DNA from: Myxococcota bacterium
GTDB lineage: Bacteria > Myxococcota > XYA12-FULL-58-9 > JABJBS01
Reading direction: 5' to 3'
NCBI GenBank assembly: GCA_036339465.1
Contig: JAYZAY010000006.1
Location: forward strand, 1-19,436
DNA length: 19,436 bases
The translations under genes and the position numbers were made by a program. The notes under the pieces were generated by a model. The model saw only the letters and a program-made list of their open reading frames with translations, made no database searches and was not told the origin of the DNA. Position 1 is the stretch's first letter. Each line of letters opens with the position of its first letter. Positions 16,591 to 19,436 of the stretch are shown here, piece after piece.

Positions 16591-17187
16591 GTGGCCATCG
16601 AATCAAAAGAAAATTATCTCTACCACCCCTATTATTGTGAGGAGAATATCTGGCAACTTCTCGCCAACCCAAGGTTCAACAACACTCCAGCCTGGGTCGC
16701 TTTTGTCACGAATCCAAAAAGATCGGTCTATTTCTTTCAGCAACGGGCCGGACAAGAACCAAGCGGTTTTGTCCTCTGGGATTACCACATCCTCGCCTTA
16801 ACCTTTGAGGTTGGTCATTGGTGGGTATGGGACTTTGATAGCCTGCTCCCGTTTCCTTGTCCATGGACGCGATACCTTGAGTTTTCTTGGGCTGGACAGG
16901 AAACCCTGCCGAGCGATGTTCACCCAATGATTCGCTTCACCCCCAGGGATATTTTTCTGGAAAACTTCGCATCATCCAGAGAGCACATGAAAGATGAAAC
17001 GGGAAAATTCATTCAGCCCCCCCCTCCCTGGGAGCCCATTCAAACCCCCAACAATACAAACAACCTAAATGAATGGCTTTGCACCAACACCCCGTCACAG
17101 ACGCAATTCTTGAGACTTGGCGACCTCAAAACCCTCGACCAACTAAGCAAAGTAACACAGGGCCCCAAAAAAACCTCGGACCCATAA
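16591..17187 (+). CDS. Protein N-terminal glutamine amidohydrolase (NTAQ1/WDYHV1) homolog
   Basis: YYCEENIWQL, VLWDYHILAL, WVWDFDSLLPFPCP, FASSREHMKD, PPPPWEPI and NNLNEW are the family motifs in the right order. Start placed at GTG 16591; the track start of 16498 is possible. Confidence 0.9.
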   Translation: MAIESKENYLYHPYYCEENIWQLLANPRFNNTPAWVAFVTNPKRSVYFFQQRAGQEPSGFVLWDYHILALTFEVGHWWVWDFDSLLPFPCPWTRYLEFSWAGQETLPSDVHPMIRFTPRDIFLENFASSREHMKDETGKFIQPPPPWEPIQTPNNTNNLNEWLCTNTPSQTQFLRLGDLKTLDQLSKVTQGPKKTSDP

Positions 17188-17221
17188 AACATCCCTTGGA
17201 AACAATACCAACCCTCGGATC

Positions 17222-17749
17222 TCAGCAGGGGAAAACGGTTTCGCTCTTTGAGGCCCACACCTTTGGAAAGTAACTTTCCAATTCAGCCTCGTTCAGCTGC
17301 TCAGAAAAACGAATCATGCCGACACCAATGGTATATCCCTGGTGACGCACCAAAACATAGCCATTTCCCATGCACCCGCTCAACCCATCAGCCTTGAGGG
17401 TAATAGGCTGCCGAGTCATAAAGGTTTCAACCTGAACTCGATGAAGCTCGATGACATTTTTCTTCGCTCTTGCTCCAAGCAAGAAAACTGCCGCTGAAGA
17501 GAGCTTGGGTATGACCATATTCGCGTGGACAAATGGAATACCCATGGTCTGAATCGCATCGACACCTTCTGGCTCATGCTGCTTGTCAATGACCGACACC
17601 AACCTCTTATTTGACTGGAAAAAGGTGAGGCCACTTAAATCTTGATCGCTAAAGCCAAACCGTTCCCTTAATTGAGTTCGCAAACCCACCTGGTCCACAA
17701 GTTGCGTGCGTTCCCTGAGGGAGGGATACTCCGTGCACATATCAGCCAT
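17222..17749 (-). CDS. RsmF/YebU C-terminal-like (pre-PUA/PUA) protein, partner of the upstream methyltransferase
   Basis: LRERFGF..LTFFQ, MGIPFVH..PKLSSAAVFLLGARAKKNVIEL, GYVLVRHQGYTIGVG, LESYFPK resemble the RsmF C-terminus (GWAK...LKNxYP region) and haloarchaeal DUF7122-type proteins. ATG 17749 has GGATGGTG upstream. Confidence 0.75.
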   Translation of the reverse strand: MADMCTEYPSLRERTQLVDQVGLRTQLRERFGFSDQDLSGLTFFQSNKRLVSVIDKQHEPEGVDAIQTMGIPFVHANMVIPKLSSAAVFLLGARAKKNVIELHRVQVETFMTRQPITLKADGLSGCMGNGYVLVRHQGYTIGVGMIRFSEQLNEAELESYFPKVWASKSETVFPC

Positions 17750-17764
17750 ATCAACACCATCCAA

Positions 17765-18676
17765 CTAGAGTTTTTCTAGCACCGCTATAAAGAACCCACC
17801 CGTATTGTTCAGATGGGGATAAAATCGCGCCGCGTATTTTAACTCTGGAGAAAATCGTTGTCCATCCCATTCAGTCAAGCCTGGGCAAAAAGACACACCG
17901 TTCAATATAAAAGGTACAATCCTCAAATCCCCCTTCATGTTTTCCAACACGTGACTCACAACCCCTTCATTCTCCTCCGGGGCGTAGGTACAAGTGCTGT
18001 AAACAATGCGGCCGCCGGGTCGTAGAAGGGTCGCTGCCCGATGAAGGATCTGCTTCTGCGTCCGCACCAACTTTTCCTTAAACCCTCGTTCATCCCGTCC
18101 CAGTTTACGAATAGACTTGCGAGAATTACCCTCACAAGAACACGGAACATCCGCCAAGATTCGGTCGAAAAAGCCCCATCTCTCAGGAAGGGTTGCTGCG
18201 TCTCTCTTGGTAATGGAAATATTGGGAAGACTCAGTCTCTCCGTAGCGCTCCTCAGCACCGGGATCCTCGAACCATAACGCTCGTTGGCAATCACAGTTC
18301 CCTTCCCCCCCAGTTCCACCGCAACCTGGAGCGTTTTATTGCCGGGTGCCGCACACATATCCAATACCCGATGATTGGGAGTGGCCCCCAAAACGTGCAC
18401 TGGCATCATCGAAACCTCTTCCTGGATATGCATCAATCCGGTTTTAAACTCCCATCTGGCGCCAAAGGGGATGTGTTTGCCCAAGCGAAAACCGTTGGTG
18501 GTCCATGGCAATGCCTGGAAAGGGATACCATCGCTTCGTAATAAGTTTGTTAATTCAGAAACAGTTAATCGCGTTGTATTGGCCCAAAAACAGGTGGGCA
18601 AAGGTTCTAAAAGAGCTGCGGAAAACGCGTCCCAGTCATCGATAATCTCTTTATATCGTTCGAACAAATAATTCAC
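17765..18676 (-). CDS. RsmB/NOP (RsmF/Trm4-like) RNA m5C methyltransferase, catalytic domain only
   Basis: HIQEEVSM, VLDMCAAPGNKT, FDRILADVPCSCEG (motif IV Cys), IVYSTCTYAPEENE (motif VI Cys), RFYPHLNNTGGFFIAVLEK. Probable start GTG 18676; the track gives 18715. Confidence 0.93.
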   Translation of the reverse strand: MNYLFERYKEIIDDWDAFSAALLEPLPTCFWANTTRLTVSELTNLLRSDGIPFQALPWTTNGFRLGKHIPFGARWEFKTGLMHIQEEVSMMPVHVLGATPNHRVLDMCAAPGNKTLQVAVELGGKGTVIANERYGSRIPVLRSATERLSLPNISITKRDAATLPERWGFFDRILADVPCSCEGNSRKSIRKLGRDERGFKEKLVRTQKQILHRAATLLRPGGRIVYSTCTYAPEENEGVVSHVLENMKGDLRIVPFILNGVSFCPGLTEWDGQRFSPELKYAARFYPHLNNTGGFFIAVLEKL

Positions 18677-18839
18677 AAAACATTCCCAAGGCAAAGCGGA
18701 GTAAGCGAGGCGCACTTAGCCAAGGAAAAGAAAATCCGCAAGGCATCGGGAAGAGTTACAATATGCTGCCAGGAAAACCAGATAAAAAAGGAGCGTCAAA
18801 GATTCGGCAATACTCAAGAAATTGAGTCCTCACCGCAAA

Positions 18840-19436
18840 CTAGAATGTAAGAAAGTCTTTGACCAATCCTGCGGTGCCAGTAAGACCCGCATTGCCATCT
18901 CGCTCTGTTGGGGGCGCCGTGGGAGCAGATGCTCCACCCGTACCGCCGGTTCCCCCAGAACCCACCTTGAATTGGTTTGTACCCAAGGCCTTGACCGTAC
19001 AATTTTGAGTCATGACCCCCACGCTGTGTCCTCCGCCGCCGCCGCCGCCACCGCCGCCGTGGCCACCGTGACCACCTGCCCCACCAGCCCCACCGATCTT
19101 GCTGTCCCCATCGGCCGCACCTGGAGCACCCTTAGCCCCACCGCTTTGGCCCCGTCCACCAACACCGCCGCCGCCGCCGTTGCCACCCGTGCCGCGAATA
19201 AACACACAATCGAGCAGGGTAACCTCCCCTCCTAAGGCAAAAACACCAATACTCGTACCGCCGCCACCACCCCCGGTTGCCGCAGCGGGCGGCCGGCACC
19301 CTCCGCCGCCGCCGCCGCCGCCGCCAGCGCCGTAAGAGTCGGTACCCTTATCACACCCACCCCGCCCCCCCCCCCCGCCGCCCCCGGCGGCCGGGTGGGC
19401 CCCGGCCCCCGCACGCCCCGCCGCCGCCCCCCCACC
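18840..19436 (-). CDS. Glycine-rich 'PGRS-like' protein, C-terminal part (5'-truncated)
   Basis: Frame is open from base 19436 to TAG 18840: ..GCDKGTDSYGAGGGGGGGGGCRPPAAATGGGGGGTSIGVFALGGEVTLLDCVFIRGTGGNGGGGG...GGGGGGGGGGHSVGVM..GNAGLTGTAGLVKDFLTF. Polyglycine runs alternate with short beta strands (SIGVF, SVGVM). Confidence 0.8.
   Translation of the reverse strand, partial: GGGAAAGRAGAGAHPAAGGGGGGGRGGCDKGTDSYGAGGGGGGGGGCRPPAAATGGGGGGTSIGVFALGGEVTLLDCVFIRGTGGNGGGGGVGGRGQSGGAKGAPGAADGDSKIGGAGGAGGHGGHGGGGGGGGGGHSVGVMTQNCTVKALGTNQFKVGSGGTGGTGGASAPTAPPTERDGNAGLTGTAGLVKDFLTF

Noticed and set aside
17765..17767. Genome-wide TAG recoding or pyrrolysine
   Set aside because: TAG is the normal stop of several genes here (2515, 7283, 9010, 18840), and no pyl genes are visible.
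18840..19436. Mycobacterial PE-PGRS gene, or a Pro-rich plus-strand ORF
   Set aside because: The similarity is compositional only and the gene context is not actinobacterial; the Pro-rich frame is the antisense of Gly codons.

Overview
Bacterial genomic DNA, gene-dense and mostly minus-strand. The gene families (AgmX/PglI C-terminal domain, MopE-type Cys/Asp motifs, Gly-rich 'PGRS-like' protein, many lipoproteins) point to a moderate-GC Myxococcota or related deltaproteobacterium (inference). The left ~7.7 kb is an envelope cluster: a beta-propeller lipoprotein that runs off the window and is missing from the ORF track, an AgmX/PglI-C lipoprotein, two small orphan ORFs, a secreted Svf1/AttH-like lipocalin, a lipoprotein of seven CxDGxDNDxxxxxDCxDxxC repeats, a MopE plus choice-of-anchor-L lipoprotein and a blue-copper lipoprotein. 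The middle holds an MFS transporter, a YbdK/GCS2 ligase, an FAH-family hydrolase, an esterase lipoprotein and an MFS/Npt-like-HEAT protein. The right end holds a REC-REC-STAS-like regulator, a homolog of eukaryotic N-terminal glutamine amidohydrolase (NTAQ1/WDYHV1), an RsmB/NOP m5C methyltransferase whose PUA-type partner follows in frame after a single TAG, and the C-terminus of a polyglycine-rich protein. No rRNA, tRNA, CRISPR array or transposase was recognised. The best leads are the bacterial Nt-Gln amidase, the split RsmF-like enzyme and the Cys/Asp-repeat surface lipoproteins. All family assignments come from motif recognition, not database searches.
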